Source of the DNA: a virus | Reading direction: 5' to 3' (one strand) | Length of the DNA stretch: 64,000 nucleotides | IMG/VR virus record: IMGVR_UViG_3300022856_000003 | Shown here: piece after piece, positions 8,893-17,855 of the stretch | Position numbering within the stretch: the first letter of the stretch is position 1 | How the letters are laid out: every line of letters starts with the position of its first letter | The notes under the pieces: generated by a model | Told to the model about the DNA's origin: nothing | What the model saw: only the letters and a program-made list of their open reading frames with translations | Database searches by the model: none | Translations under genes and position numbers: made by a program

Positions 8893-9954
8893 ATGAATCA
8901 AGCGACACTAGGGTTCGAGCGTAAAGACCGCATCGAACTTGCGGACGGCCGAATCATCCTGGGAGGTCCGCAGTCTTGGACGGACAACGGCAAGAAGGTC
9001 CCGCCACGAGTCCTCCAGTTTTACAACCCCCATCGCGGCACGAGCTACCTTGTCCGCTCTGCGCTCCACAAGGAGATAAGGCGAGGCAACATCAAGCGTT
9101 CCATCGCGTTCGCCGCCTGGGCCGACAAGTGCAAAAAGGGAAGCGGACGAACCTACCTCCGTCGAATCCTGTTTGAGGAGACTCGGAACGTCCGCATCCT
9201 CCAGATGTTCCGAGACAAGGCCGAGACCCGTGACATCGTCATCGCCATGTGTCGGTCGGCGAAGGACTGGGAAGTCGACCAGGGTCACGGCATCTGTTTC
9301 CCTAAGTGGTACAAGGTCGTCGCAAGCCATAACTGGTATGGCAAATACGATTCCTGGTCCTCCGAGTTCCAGTGGCCAGACGACCCGGAACAAGTGATCA
9401 AGGATGCCGCCGCTGCCGGAGACCATGAGACGCTCATGGATCTGGTCGTGATGACGAGCGGTCCTTGCCTGCCCCGCTCTGAGGAGGTCCGCGACCTCAT
9501 CCGACCTCTGCTCTCGAAGATCGCGAGCGAGCGAGTTGATCCGAAGTGGCGTGACGCTGTGCGATCACTGCGGACGAAGAAGCATCACGAGGAAGTCCTG
9601 TTGCTCGCGCAGATCATCACAGGCGAGTGGGACGAGGACGCTTCCAACCACCTCCACCCCGCCCAGCATGGGCGGCGCGTAGATATCCCGATTTTCGAGA
9701 CCTACGTCTTCGATCCTCACACGATGCAGGGGAACAGGATCTTCAAGGCGAGGAAGGCGGCTGGTGAACTGGACTGGCACCTGCCGATGCCGCCCGACTT
9801 CGACATGCGATGGTCGGGACGTGACGCAGGGACGCTATGGCGGTACCTTGCGATGGAGCAGCACGGAACCACTGATCTCCTGTGGGAGGACGTGAAGCTC
9901 GAAGGCCAGCTCAAGGTGAACTGGGACCACTGCTACAAGGGAGAGTTCGAGTGA
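8893..9954 (+). CDS. stand-alone RarA/MgsA C-terminal-like helical protein
   Basis: SALHKEIRRG...YLRRILFEE...YVFDPHT..G; no Walker A motif. Confidence 0.5.
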   Translation: MNQATLGFERKDRIELADGRIILGGPQSWTDNGKKVPPRVLQFYNPHRGTSYLVRSALHKEIRRGNIKRSIAFAAWADKCKKGSGRTYLRRILFEETRNVRILQMFRDKAETRDIVIAMCRSAKDWEVDQGHGICFPKWYKVVASHNWYGKYDSWSSEFQWPDDPEQVIKDAAAAGDHETLMDLVVMTSGPCLPRSEEVRDLIRPLLSKIASERVDPKWRDAVRSLRTKKHHEEVLLLAQIITGEWDEDASNHLHPAQHGRRVDIPIFETYVFDPHTMQGNRIFKARKAAGELDWHLPMPPDFDMRWSGRDAGTLWRYLAMEQHGTTDLLWEDVKLEGQLKVNWDHCYKGEFE

Positions 9955-10670
9955 CCACTCCGAAGATCCGTGGAAACCCATGCACGGTGAATCAGCCGTG
10001 TCTGTTTCCTCGACTCCACATCATGAACCGAGCAGCCAGGGTGAAGACATTCATCGTCCTGTCGTCTGCCCAGTTCATGAGGAAATCTGACCAGGCACTC
10101 CTGTGGGTGACTCTGCGCGGAGTGCCAACGTCCATACGGATTCCGACCACTTCCGGTCGCGTGCCGCTGCGCGAGAAGTTCGTCCAACTCGATGAACGCG
10201 CCATGGGCAAGATCCTGCGACGCATCAAGAGCGAGTGGCCGAAGACCGCCGATGCCGAGGGTGCCCTTGCACTACTCGAGGTGGAGCTGAGAGCAACAAA
10301 CGGGCGCTCTATGGCTCAATGCGGGCTCCACTCGATGCGACACCGCTCCAACATCCTCGGTCTCACAGGCACGACCTTCGTCGACGATGTCGATGTGGCA
10401 CCGCCGATCCCTGGTGATCCAAGTGGGTGGATGCTCGACCAGTGCTTGAACATCGGGGCCAGTTCCTACTATGCTGGTGGCACAGCCATCAACGCTTACA
10501 TCGACCACGACAAGTGGAAGAGAAGGGGCGTGAGGCTTCTGGAACAGGACTGGAAAGTTCCGAAGGAAATCGTTGATCTCCTCGGACACGAAGTCTCAAC
10601 CAGCGTGCTGGATGTCATAGCCCACGGTGGGCTGGATGCACTTCGGAGAGAACTTGCCAGTCACCCTTGA
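9951..10670 (+). CDS. WbqC-like protein
   Basis: NQPCLFP...FIVLSSAQF...GASSYYAG...YID...SVLDVI matches the WbqC family pattern. Confidence 0.7.
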   Translation: MTTPKIRGNPCTVNQPCLFPRLHIMNRAARVKTFIVLSSAQFMRKSDQALLWVTLRGVPTSIRIPTTSGRVPLREKFVQLDERAMGKILRRIKSEWPKTADAEGALALLEVELRATNGRSMAQCGLHSMRHRSNILGLTGTTFVDDVDVAPPIPGDPSGWMLDQCLNIGASSYYAGGTAINAYIDHDKWKRRGVRLLEQDWKVPKEIVDLLGHEVSTSVLDVIAHGGLDALRRELASHP

Positions 10671-11241
10671 GACCTATCTCGAAAAAGCAGCCAGTGGGGA
10701 CAAGACCCTCGACGCTCTCTGCTGGCCCAGCCTCGACCGCGTGGAATCGCTCTACATCGAGTGGTTCGAGACCTGCCGAGAACGTGGAGTCCAGGTAGAC
10801 GGCTGCGACCTCCTAGACGTAGGTGAGGGTCTTGGCCTGTTCCAGGAGTGGCTCAAGAAGGAGTGGATCACCATGAAGGTGACCGGCGTTGAGGCTGCAA
10901 AGGAGTTCCACGAACACTGCGTCGAGAACTACCCGGAGCACACGCATGTCCACGGTGTTTTTCCTCATCATGCGCTGGGATCGTTGTACGACCATGTGGT
11001 CATGTTCGGGACACTGACGTGGATGAGCGAGGAGATGGCCAACGAGGTCGTCGTCGCTGGAGCTTTGAGGGCGAAGCGTTCTCTGGCATTCAACCTCATG
11101 GATCCTGCTCTGTACTCAGGAGCGTTCGAGGCGTTCCACCCTGCCCGCCTGCTCGAATCGCTCAAGGTCCTGGGATTCGACGTGATCATCCTGCACAAGC
11201 CGAAAGAGCAAGAGAACCTCTACGTCGCGGTGAGGAAATGA
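10654..11241 (+). CDS. class I SAM-dependent methyltransferase-like protein
   Basis: LLDVGEGLG motif I, VTGVE motif II, YDHVVMFG; GGAGAG SD before TTG. Confidence 0.7.
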   Translation: MPVTLETYLEKAASGDKTLDALCWPSLDRVESLYIEWFETCRERGVQVDGCDLLDVGEGLGLFQEWLKKEWITMKVTGVEAAKEFHEHCVENYPEHTHVHGVFPHHALGSLYDHVVMFGTLTWMSEEMANEVVVAGALRAKRSLAFNLMDPALYSGAFEAFHPARLLESLKVLGFDVIILHKPKEQENLYVAVRK

Positions 11242-12680
11242 GAATCCTCTACGTCCCGTTCTTCAGCAACATCAACTACGAGGGGTGCAGCATCTTCAAT
11301 GCGATGCGCGTCCTGTTGATGAACATGGTGAAGCAGCACAACGACGTGTTCATTCACTGGCCGGTACCTGCCCCGCCGTTCTCGACGAAGAACCTGGGCT
11401 ACATCGACCACCCTCGCGTCGAGACCTTCCCGGTGAAGGCGATCAGACTCCAGGGAAACGACGCGGTCTTCGTGCCGTCCGACCTGTTCGAGCGGTTCAA
11501 CTCCCATTGGGGTGACACCCCCATCGACCTCATCCTCTGCGACAAGCCCCGTGTGGCGTTCTGGGTGAAGATGCTCATGAACCAGCATCTCAGGCACCAC
11601 GAGACAGAGATCCCCATCATGACCTTCTCCCAGTACGCACTGGTGAGGAGCCGTGAGTCGGACCAGGATTCCTCGGAGGACTTCGAGCTTGCTCAGGTGC
11701 TCGGGTGGTTCTCGGCTCAAAAGACGGTCTGGCCGTCCTCGCGTGATCGTCGGATCGGACTCCAGGCTGCTCGTCGCTACCTGCGACCGAGCGCGGTGAA
11801 CCGGATCATCGAGCGTTCCATCGACGACGTTCCGAACAGCATCGATACGGACCGGATCACGGGTCACATGAGTGTCCGATCCAAGGACGAGATGCTCATC
11901 AACTATGGCTCGCGCTTCGCTCACGGGTACCGACCCGCGAAGGTGTTCGAGGAGATGGAGAGCGTTTTCAAGGGTGGACGCCAGGTCAAGTTCGTCATCA
12001 CTTCACCAAGCAAACCAGCGAAGTTCAGCAGCGTCCTCTTGGGTGAACTGACAGAGCGCGGAGTGCCTTATGAGGCGCACATTCCCTGTGGTCAGACGAA
12101 GTTCTACCGCGAGGCGTCCCGATGCCATGTCGTGCTCAGGATGGAGCCGGGGTACGAATCCAGTCTCTCACTCCGTGAGCACATGTTCATGAAGCTCGCT
12201 GTGGTGATGCCGAGGGGCAAGGTCATCGAACCTCTGCTCGAGGGCTACCCGTGGCAGTACGACACGGTCGCTGAGGCTCGCACCATGCTCCGCTACCTCG
12301 TCGACCACTATTGGGACGAGGACGTGCAGGAGACGCTGGAGACGTTCCGAGACAGGGTAGTTGAGCTGAACAGCGCCTCGACAAGTGGAGAGCGTCTGTA
12401 TCACCACTGCGTCGGCGTCGTGGCTGGTGTACTGCCCGAGCTGTCCAGCGTGAAGCAGACCGTCTCACTGTGCATGGACGCCATCGAGAGATCCGGCAAG
12501 AGAGAGTTCACTTGGACCGAGTTCTGTCTGATGTGCAAGAAGCACACGGACTCCGGGATCGAACCGAAGAAGCACATCTACTTCGGTCGGACGAACATGA
12601 CCTTCAAGCACGCTCTCATCCATGCCGGGTGGGTGGACGACTGCCAGGGGCCGGAACCGCACTTCGTAGAAGTCAAATGA
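11238..12680 (+). CDS. GT-B fold glycosyltransferase (GT4-like)
   Basis: MRILYV start, PNSID, YGSRF, FYREASRCHVV, ESSLSLREHM (ExnE-like motif). Confidence 0.7.
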   Translation: MRILYVPFFSNINYEGCSIFNAMRVLLMNMVKQHNDVFIHWPVPAPPFSTKNLGYIDHPRVETFPVKAIRLQGNDAVFVPSDLFERFNSHWGDTPIDLILCDKPRVAFWVKMLMNQHLRHHETEIPIMTFSQYALVRSRESDQDSSEDFELAQVLGWFSAQKTVWPSSRDRRIGLQAARRYLRPSAVNRIIERSIDDVPNSIDTDRITGHMSVRSKDEMLINYGSRFAHGYRPAKVFEEMESVFKGGRQVKFVITSPSKPAKFSSVLLGELTERGVPYEAHIPCGQTKFYREASRCHVVLRMEPGYESSLSLREHMFMKLAVVMPRGKVIEPLLEGYPWQYDTVAEARTMLRYLVDHYWDEDVQETLETFRDRVVELNSASTSGERLYHHCVGVVAGVLPELSSVKQTVSLCMDAIERSGKREFTWTEFCLMCKKHTDSGIEPKKHIYFGRTNMTFKHALIHAGWVDDCQGPEPHFVEVK

Positions 12681-13345
12681 CCGTCCTGATGGGCGCGAAG
12701 TCCATCCTCGTGGTGGGCGCTCATGCTGACGATATGGAACTCGGCTGCGGAGGCTTCGTCGCCTCCATAATTGCGAAGGGCTCGAGTGTGACCTCTCTGG
12801 TCATGACGGGCTCGCCATCGACGGATCACGAAGGACGAGTCTGGCGCGACAACGACTCAGCGAGTCGCTCGTCAAGGGCCGCAGCTAAAGTCCTTGGTGG
12901 TGTGACAGTCCGGTTTCTCGACTTCGACGATATGGCCGTGCCGTACAACCGGAAGTCGATCCACGATGTGAACAGAGTCATCGACGAGATCCAGCCAGAT
13001 CTCATCATCACCCACTGGGTTGGTGACTCGAACTCTGACCACTCCAACACCTCGCGCACGGTGATCACAGCAGCACGTCGCCACAAGAACGTGCTGTCGA
13101 TGGAGCCTCCACTCTCGAAGCTGAACGTCGGAGGCGTTTTCCCTGGCTGCGTCTTCGCAACTTTTGGTGAAGATGTTCTCGCGATGAAGCTCGAAGCCAT
13201 CCGATGCCACAGTAGTGAGATGCCGCGACTAGCTCTCGGGAACGGCTTCGAGCAGCATGGCCGACGAAATCGATTGCACGGCTCCCAGGCGGGTGCCTAT
13301 GCCGCCGAGCTGTTCACCCCAATCCAGATCACCTGGAGCCCCTGA
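12677..13345 (+). CDS. PIG-L/LmbE family deacetylase
   Basis: VVGAHADDMELGCGG, PDLIITH...SDH, CHSSE. Confidence 0.9.
   Translation: MTVLMGAKSILVVGAHADDMELGCGGFVASIIAKGSSVTSLVMTGSPSTDHEGRVWRDNDSASRSSRAAAKVLGGVTVRFLDFDDMAVPYNRKSIHDVNRVIDEIQPDLIITHWVGDSNSDHSNTSRTVITAARRHKNVLSMEPPLSKLNVGGVFPGCVFATFGEDVLAMKLEAIRCHSSEMPRLALGNGFEQHGRRNRLHGSQAGAYAAELFTPIQITWSP
13265..13278. repeat. dispersed palindrome variant (CGAAATCGATTGCA), intragenic
   Basis: Read directly. Confidence 0.75.
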
Positions 13346-14130
13346 TGGCAAAGCAGTATGAGATCCGCGAACTGGACCTCGACCTGATCGACCCGAACCC
13401 TTGGAACCCCAACGAGCAGAGTGAGTCCACGTTCGACATCCTCGCTGAGGAGCTGGACGACGATGGAGACGGAGTCGGGTACATCGACCTGATCCAGGTG
13501 GTGCCGTGGGGCGAACCAGGGCGCTTCCGCATCATCGGAGGGGAACACCGCTGGCGTGCTCTCCGTGTGAATGGCGAAGAGACGGCTGACGCTCTGGTCC
13601 TGATCGATGAGAAGTGGCAGGACGAGGACCTTCAGAAGTTCGTCACCATGAGGCTCAACTCGCTCAAGGGGAGCATCAATCCTGCGAAGTTCATGGCGCT
13701 CTACAACGACCTGGCCGACAGGCACTCCGCAGACGACATGCAGCGCCATATGGCTGTGACAGACGACGATGCCTGGCACCTGATGACAAAGGACGTTAGG
13801 AAGCAGCTCGAGTCCGCTCTCGACGGTGCTGGCGGTGATGACGCGAAGAAGCAGAAGGCTCTTGAGGAGTTCGACAAGGTCGCGAAGGAGGTCAAGACAG
13901 TCGACGACCTCTCGAACGTGCTCAACAAGATCTTCAACGAGTACGGCGACACGCTCGACTCGAACTTCATGTGGTTCACGTTCGGCGGGAAGAAGCATCT
14001 TCATCTGACGATGGAGGCTTCGGATTGGAAGGCCGCAGAGGCGCTCATCTCGATCGTGAAGAAGAATGGTTTGCAGGCCGACAAGGTGTTTGGGAACTTG
14101 ATGAGCGACTGGGTCGCAAAGAACAAGTGA
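13345..14130 (+). CDS. ParB/Srx N-terminal domain protein
   Basis: IDPNPWNPN, IIGGEHRWRA, RLNSLKG. Confidence 0.85.
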   Translation: MAKQYEIRELDLDLIDPNPWNPNEQSESTFDILAEELDDDGDGVGYIDLIQVVPWGEPGRFRIIGGEHRWRALRVNGEETADALVLIDEKWQDEDLQKFVTMRLNSLKGSINPAKFMALYNDLADRHSADDMQRHMAVTDDDAWHLMTKDVRKQLESALDGAGGDDAKKQKALEEFDKVAKEVKTVDDLSNVLNKIFNEYGDTLDSNFMWFTFGGKKHLHLTMEASDWKAAEALISIVKKNGLQADKVFGNLMSDWVAKNK

Positions 14131-14216
14131 GTGCAAGCCTTTTCGTCCAATAGTCCTGAATTTGGGCAGTCCATGGATATACTGCCCGGGCTGGAGTCCA
14201 TCCAGATGGAGCCACA

Positions 14217-14669
14217 ATGAACCACGACAGAGACGCTCTCTCAAAGCAGCTCCAGCGACACTCCCTACTCGTTCGTGTCGTAGACCAATGTGCTGTCGCT
14301 ATCTGGGCGACTGATCTTGAGGGCGAGGTTCTCATTTCAGAAGGTGGACTTCTTGAGGCCGTGGGTCTCAAGCCTGGAGAGGTCGTCGGCATGAACATCT
14401 CGTCGTTCCCTGGCCATGCTCAATGGGAAGCTGCACTCCTGAAGATCCACGCTGGCGAAGAAAAAGTGAGCTTCGTGTCGAAAGCTGACGAGATTACTCA
14501 GGATTCACCGAGTCCAGGCGAAAGGCCGTCGTCATTCGTCCATGTTGGCGGGTGGTTAGAGACGTACAGCCCTCTACGATCGCCAGCCGGTCGTATTGTC
14601 GGTATTCTTGCCACAGCCATGAGTCTCGTTGGGGCCACGACCGCTATTACGGAGGCGTTGCCTGGCTAG
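14217..14669 (+). CDS. stand-alone PAS-domain protein
   Basis: IWATDLEGEVLISEG...GLKPGEVVGMNI...YSPLRSPAGRIVGI is a PAS/PAC pattern. Confidence 0.7.
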   Translation: MNHDRDALSKQLQRHSLLVRVVDQCAVAIWATDLEGEVLISEGGLLEAVGLKPGEVVGMNISSFPGHAQWEAALLKIHAGEEKVSFVSKADEITQDSPSPGERPSSFVHVGGWLETYSPLRSPAGRIVGILATAMSLVGATTAITEALPG

Positions 14670-14693
14670 GCTCTCTACGACCAAGGAGAGCTA

Positions 14694-15116
14694 ATGTCCC
14701 GCTTGAAGCCGTCGGAAGTTGCAGTTGCCCTTGAGCGTGTGCGTACACATCATCCGGCTGAGGCCGAACGCCTAGCAGGACACATTGAGGCAATCGGCAC
14801 TGAAGACGCGCTCCTGTCTGTCGTTCGTGAGATGATCGAGGCGAAAGAGCAGTCGAAGGCGGCTGAGGAAGTCACCGCGAAGATTCTCGACGCCTGGAAG
14901 CCCATCATGGAGGTTGGCTCGATGGCTATTGGGAAGATGGCGACCGAGGAGAAGCGCGCCAACGACCTGAAACAGAGGGAGCTGGACAGACAGGATCGCC
15001 TCGACGTTCAAGGGCTGGAGGTCACAAGGCTCCGGTACAAGCACATCATCGTCCCTGCCGTCACAGCCTTGGCGGGATTCCTCGCCGCGTGGAGTGCGTT
15101 CAACTTCGCCGGATGA
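14694..15116 (+). CDS. coiled-coil protein with C-terminal transmembrane helix (holin-like?)
   Basis: AAGGAG SD; hydrophobic IIVPAVTALAGFLAAW at the C-terminus. Confidence 0.5.
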   Translation: MSRLKPSEVAVALERVRTHHPAEAERLAGHIEAIGTEDALLSVVREMIEAKEQSKAAEEVTAKILDAWKPIMEVGSMAIGKMATEEKRANDLKQRELDRQDRLDVQGLEVTRLRYKHIIVPAVTALAGFLAAWSAFNFAG

Positions 15117-15127
15117 AATCGATTTCG
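15114..15127. repeat. dispersed palindrome copy overlapping stop codon
   Basis: TGAAATCGATTTCG; TGgTATGTT extended -10 at 15145-15153. Confidence 0.9.
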
Positions 15128-15188
15128 CAGCTCATCGCAGTCCGTGGTATGTTGAACCACGGCGACCCAGACGATGGAGACGAGATAG

Positions 15189-15836
15189 ATGTCCGACACG
15201 AGATTCGAGAAGCGTTCAGGGACGTTTGGCAAGCTCCACGGCTTCGCTAGCTTCCCGGAGGCAAAGCACCGCATTCTCGCTGGTGTGACTCCGACTCGCG
15301 TAGCTCGATGGATGCACGAACAGGGTGACTACACAGACATCCCCGTGAGGAGTCTCGCAGCGACCCTCTGTGCGTACCGTCGGACGCTGTCCGCTCGTGA
15401 GCTAATCGCTACGAGGGAGCCTCAGTTCGTTGCTGAGGCAAAGGATGAGGTCAACTCTGGTCTCGACGAGCTTCAAGAACTTGCCGCCATCTTCGCCATC
15501 CAGAAGAACCGCGTGGTCATGGGCCACGAACTGGAGTCGAAGCTCAAGATCCTCAACAAGAGCCTGGGCAATGAGGTCCGTATCGCCGGAGAACTTCTCC
15601 GCACTTCGATGACCATCAAGCAGTCCTTGGGACTCGCTTCCGGTGGTGACGCCGATCGACGTGGTGACCCGACCTTCAAGCATGACGTTCGCTCCAGATA
15701 CGGTGAGCGCGTCGCACAGGTGCTTGAGAACCCCGGGAAGCGAAACCGCGTGCTCAACGTCGTCTCGAGCTTGCTTGAGGCCGCAGAGGCAAAGAAGGTT
15801 GAAGCGACGGTGCCTGTGAAGACGGCCACTGGATAA
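15189..15836 (+). CDS. putative terminase small subunit
   Basis: N-terminal HTH-like region plus coiled coil, immediately upstream of TerL. Confidence 0.5.
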   Translation: MSDTRFEKRSGTFGKLHGFASFPEAKHRILAGVTPTRVARWMHEQGDYTDIPVRSLAATLCAYRRTLSARELIATREPQFVAEAKDEVNSGLDELQELAAIFAIQKNRVVMGHELESKLKILNKSLGNEVRIAGELLRTSMTIKQSLGLASGGDADRRGDPTFKHDVRSRYGERVAQVLENPGKRNRVLNVVSSLLEAAEAKKVEATVPVKTATG

Positions 15837-15839
15837 CCG

Positions 15840-17852
15840 ATGATCGAGTTCACCGAAGGACGTGCCAACTCAGTTCGCACGGTCCACGAGCTTGAGTCCA
15901 TCGCGCAGCAGCAGTTCGCTGATCTGTCGGCAGATGAACAGAAGACGGTTCTAGCTATCCTCGGCGAGATGGAGGATGGGGAAGACCAGCTCCTCTCCCT
16001 TCTGCATGCCTCCCACTGGGAGCGCGCACCAGTCTCGATGAGGCAGTTCCTCACCGACGACTACTACATGGGGATCCCTGGGAAGTCGCTCTACCCGAAG
16101 CTGCGAGAGGACCTGATTTCGATCTTCGACGACGGGAACTACAGCGAGATCATCCTCGCCGGTTCCATCGGCTGGGGTAAGTCCACTGCCGCATCGTTCA
16201 TCGTGGCTCGAACGCTCTACGAGATCTCATGCCTTCGAGACCCTCAGCGGACATTCGGCCTGAGCCCCGGCAGCGAAATCCATTTCGCTCTCATCTCGAA
16301 GAACCTTGAGCAGACTCGCAAGGTCCTCCGTCAGAAGGTCATCGAGCCACTACGTCTGTCGCCCTACTTCCAGGAGATGTTCCCGTGGAAGGAGCGGGCC
16401 TATGAAGACGTGTTCCCGAAGAACGTCATCATGTTCGTGGCCTCCATCGGGTCGACCGACCGCATCTTGGGCTCCAACCTATTCGGAGCTGCCGTCGATG
16501 AGGTGAACTTTCTCGGCAAGAACAAGGCCGCGAAGCTGGGCACCACCGAGGGTCGGAAGGACCTTGCCGCATTCGACAAGGCCGACAAGCTCTACAGGAC
16601 GCTCGTCCGTCGCATCAAGTCGCGCTTCTCTCATACCGGCAAGCTGCCAGGCAAGCTCTGTCTCATCTCGTCGAAGACAGTGAAGAACAGCTTCACAGAG
16701 AGGCGCGTCCGAGAGTCTCGGATCGACCCGTCGGTGTTCGTGCTCGACTACGCCACCTGGCACGTGAAGCCGAAGGCATCGTTCAGCGGAAAGTGGTTCA
16801 ACGTCCTGGTCGGAGGCACCACGGCTCGGTCGAAAATCCTGGTGGACGACGACATGCCGTCGGAGATCTTCCTCAAGGAGACTGGCAGCTACATCGTCAA
16901 AGTCCCCGAGGAATACCGAGAGGATTTCGACAACGACCTCAATGGTTCTCTGCGGGATGTCGCTGGTGTTTCGGTAGAGGCGATCAGCCAGTTCATCATT
17001 CGACAGGAGAAGATCTACGACGCCTCCGATGAGACGCTCAAGCACCCGTTCACCATCCACGACTGGACCTATGGTGAGCCTGGTGACTTCCGTTGGGGAG
17101 ACATCTGCGAGGCGAAGAAGCGCAAGGTCAAGGGTGGATACGAGGAACTGGTATGGGAACCGAAGACCCGACCCAATGCCCACCGCCATCTGCACATCGA
17201 CGTGGCGCTGTCCGGTGACTCACTGGGTATTGCCATGGGACACATCGTCCGGTGGAAATCCGTCATCAGGCGCGACCCGACCGGCGAGAAGTATTCGGAC
17301 ATCGCTCCCGAGGTTCAGATCGACTTCATGCTCCGCGTGAGGCCACCGGCTGGCGAACAGATCTTCCTGCCCGACATCCGTGCGATGGTCTATGCATTCC
17401 AGGAGCATGGATTCCCGGTCAATAGCTTCTCCTGCGACTCCTTCCAGAGTGCGGAGATGATCCAGCAGATGAAGGCTCGAGGCGTGACCTCTGAGGTCAT
17501 CTCGCTGGACCGAACGTCCGACGGGTACAACGCGCTACGCCAGGCATTCTACGAAGATCGGTTGAAGGTCTACCACTATCAGCCCTTCATTGAGGAGTGC
17601 ATGGCTCTGGAGTATGATGCGTTCAAGGGCAAGGTGGACCATCCACTTGCCGGATCGAAGGATGTGGCGGATGCTGTGGCCGGAGTCATAGAAGGACTCA
17701 AGCGGCACGCAGGTCGAGCACCGCTTCCGATGTTGCCGCAGGCTGGTCCTGGCGTGGAGGATGATGATGCGTCGTGGGTCCTCGATGGAAACAAGAAGCC
17801 TGTCGGCTCCGGTGGTCATCAAAACGTCCCCATGCCTTTCATCTCGGGTTGA
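15840..17852 (+). CDS. terL: terminase large subunit
   Basis: Walker A GSIGWGKST, Walker B AAVDE, ISS coupling motif, nuclease HIDVALSGD and KDVADAVAG. Confidence 0.92.
   Translation: MIEFTEGRANSVRTVHELESIAQQQFADLSADEQKTVLAILGEMEDGEDQLLSLLHASHWERAPVSMRQFLTDDYYMGIPGKSLYPKLREDLISIFDDGNYSEIILAGSIGWGKSTAASFIVARTLYEISCLRDPQRTFGLSPGSEIHFALISKNLEQTRKVLRQKVIEPLRLSPYFQEMFPWKERAYEDVFPKNVIMFVASIGSTDRILGSNLFGAAVDEVNFLGKNKAAKLGTTEGRKDLAAFDKADKLYRTLVRRIKSRFSHTGKLPGKLCLISSKTVKNSFTERRVRESRIDPSVFVLDYATWHVKPKASFSGKWFNVLVGGTTARSKILVDDDMPSEIFLKETGSYIVKVPEEYREDFDNDLNGSLRDVAGVSVEAISQFIIRQEKIYDASDETLKHPFTIHDWTYGEPGDFRWGDICEAKKRKVKGGYEELVWEPKTRPNAHRHLHIDVALSGDSLGIAMGHIVRWKSVIRRDPTGEKYSDIAPEVQIDFMLRVRPPAGEQIFLPDIRAMVYAFQEHGFPVNSFSCDSFQSAEMIQQMKARGVTSEVISLDRTSDGYNALRQAFYEDRLKVYHYQPFIEECMALEYDAFKGKVDHPLAGSKDVADAVAGVIEGLKRHAGRAPLPMLPQAGPGVEDDDASWVLDGNKKPVGSGGHQNVPMPFISG
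16274..16287. repeat. one-mismatch palindrome variant (CGAAATCCATTTCG) in terL
   Basis: Flanks extend the symmetry: AGCGAAATCCATTTCGCT. Confidence 0.55.
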
Positions 17853-17855
17853 TCA

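Noticed and set aside
11019-12676. Upstream-extended starts in the ORF track (e.g. 11019, 12470; likewise 32429, 38066, 59526)
   Set aside because: They overlap upstream genes extensively; downstream ATGs with stop-start coupling or SD sequences give family-typical N-termini
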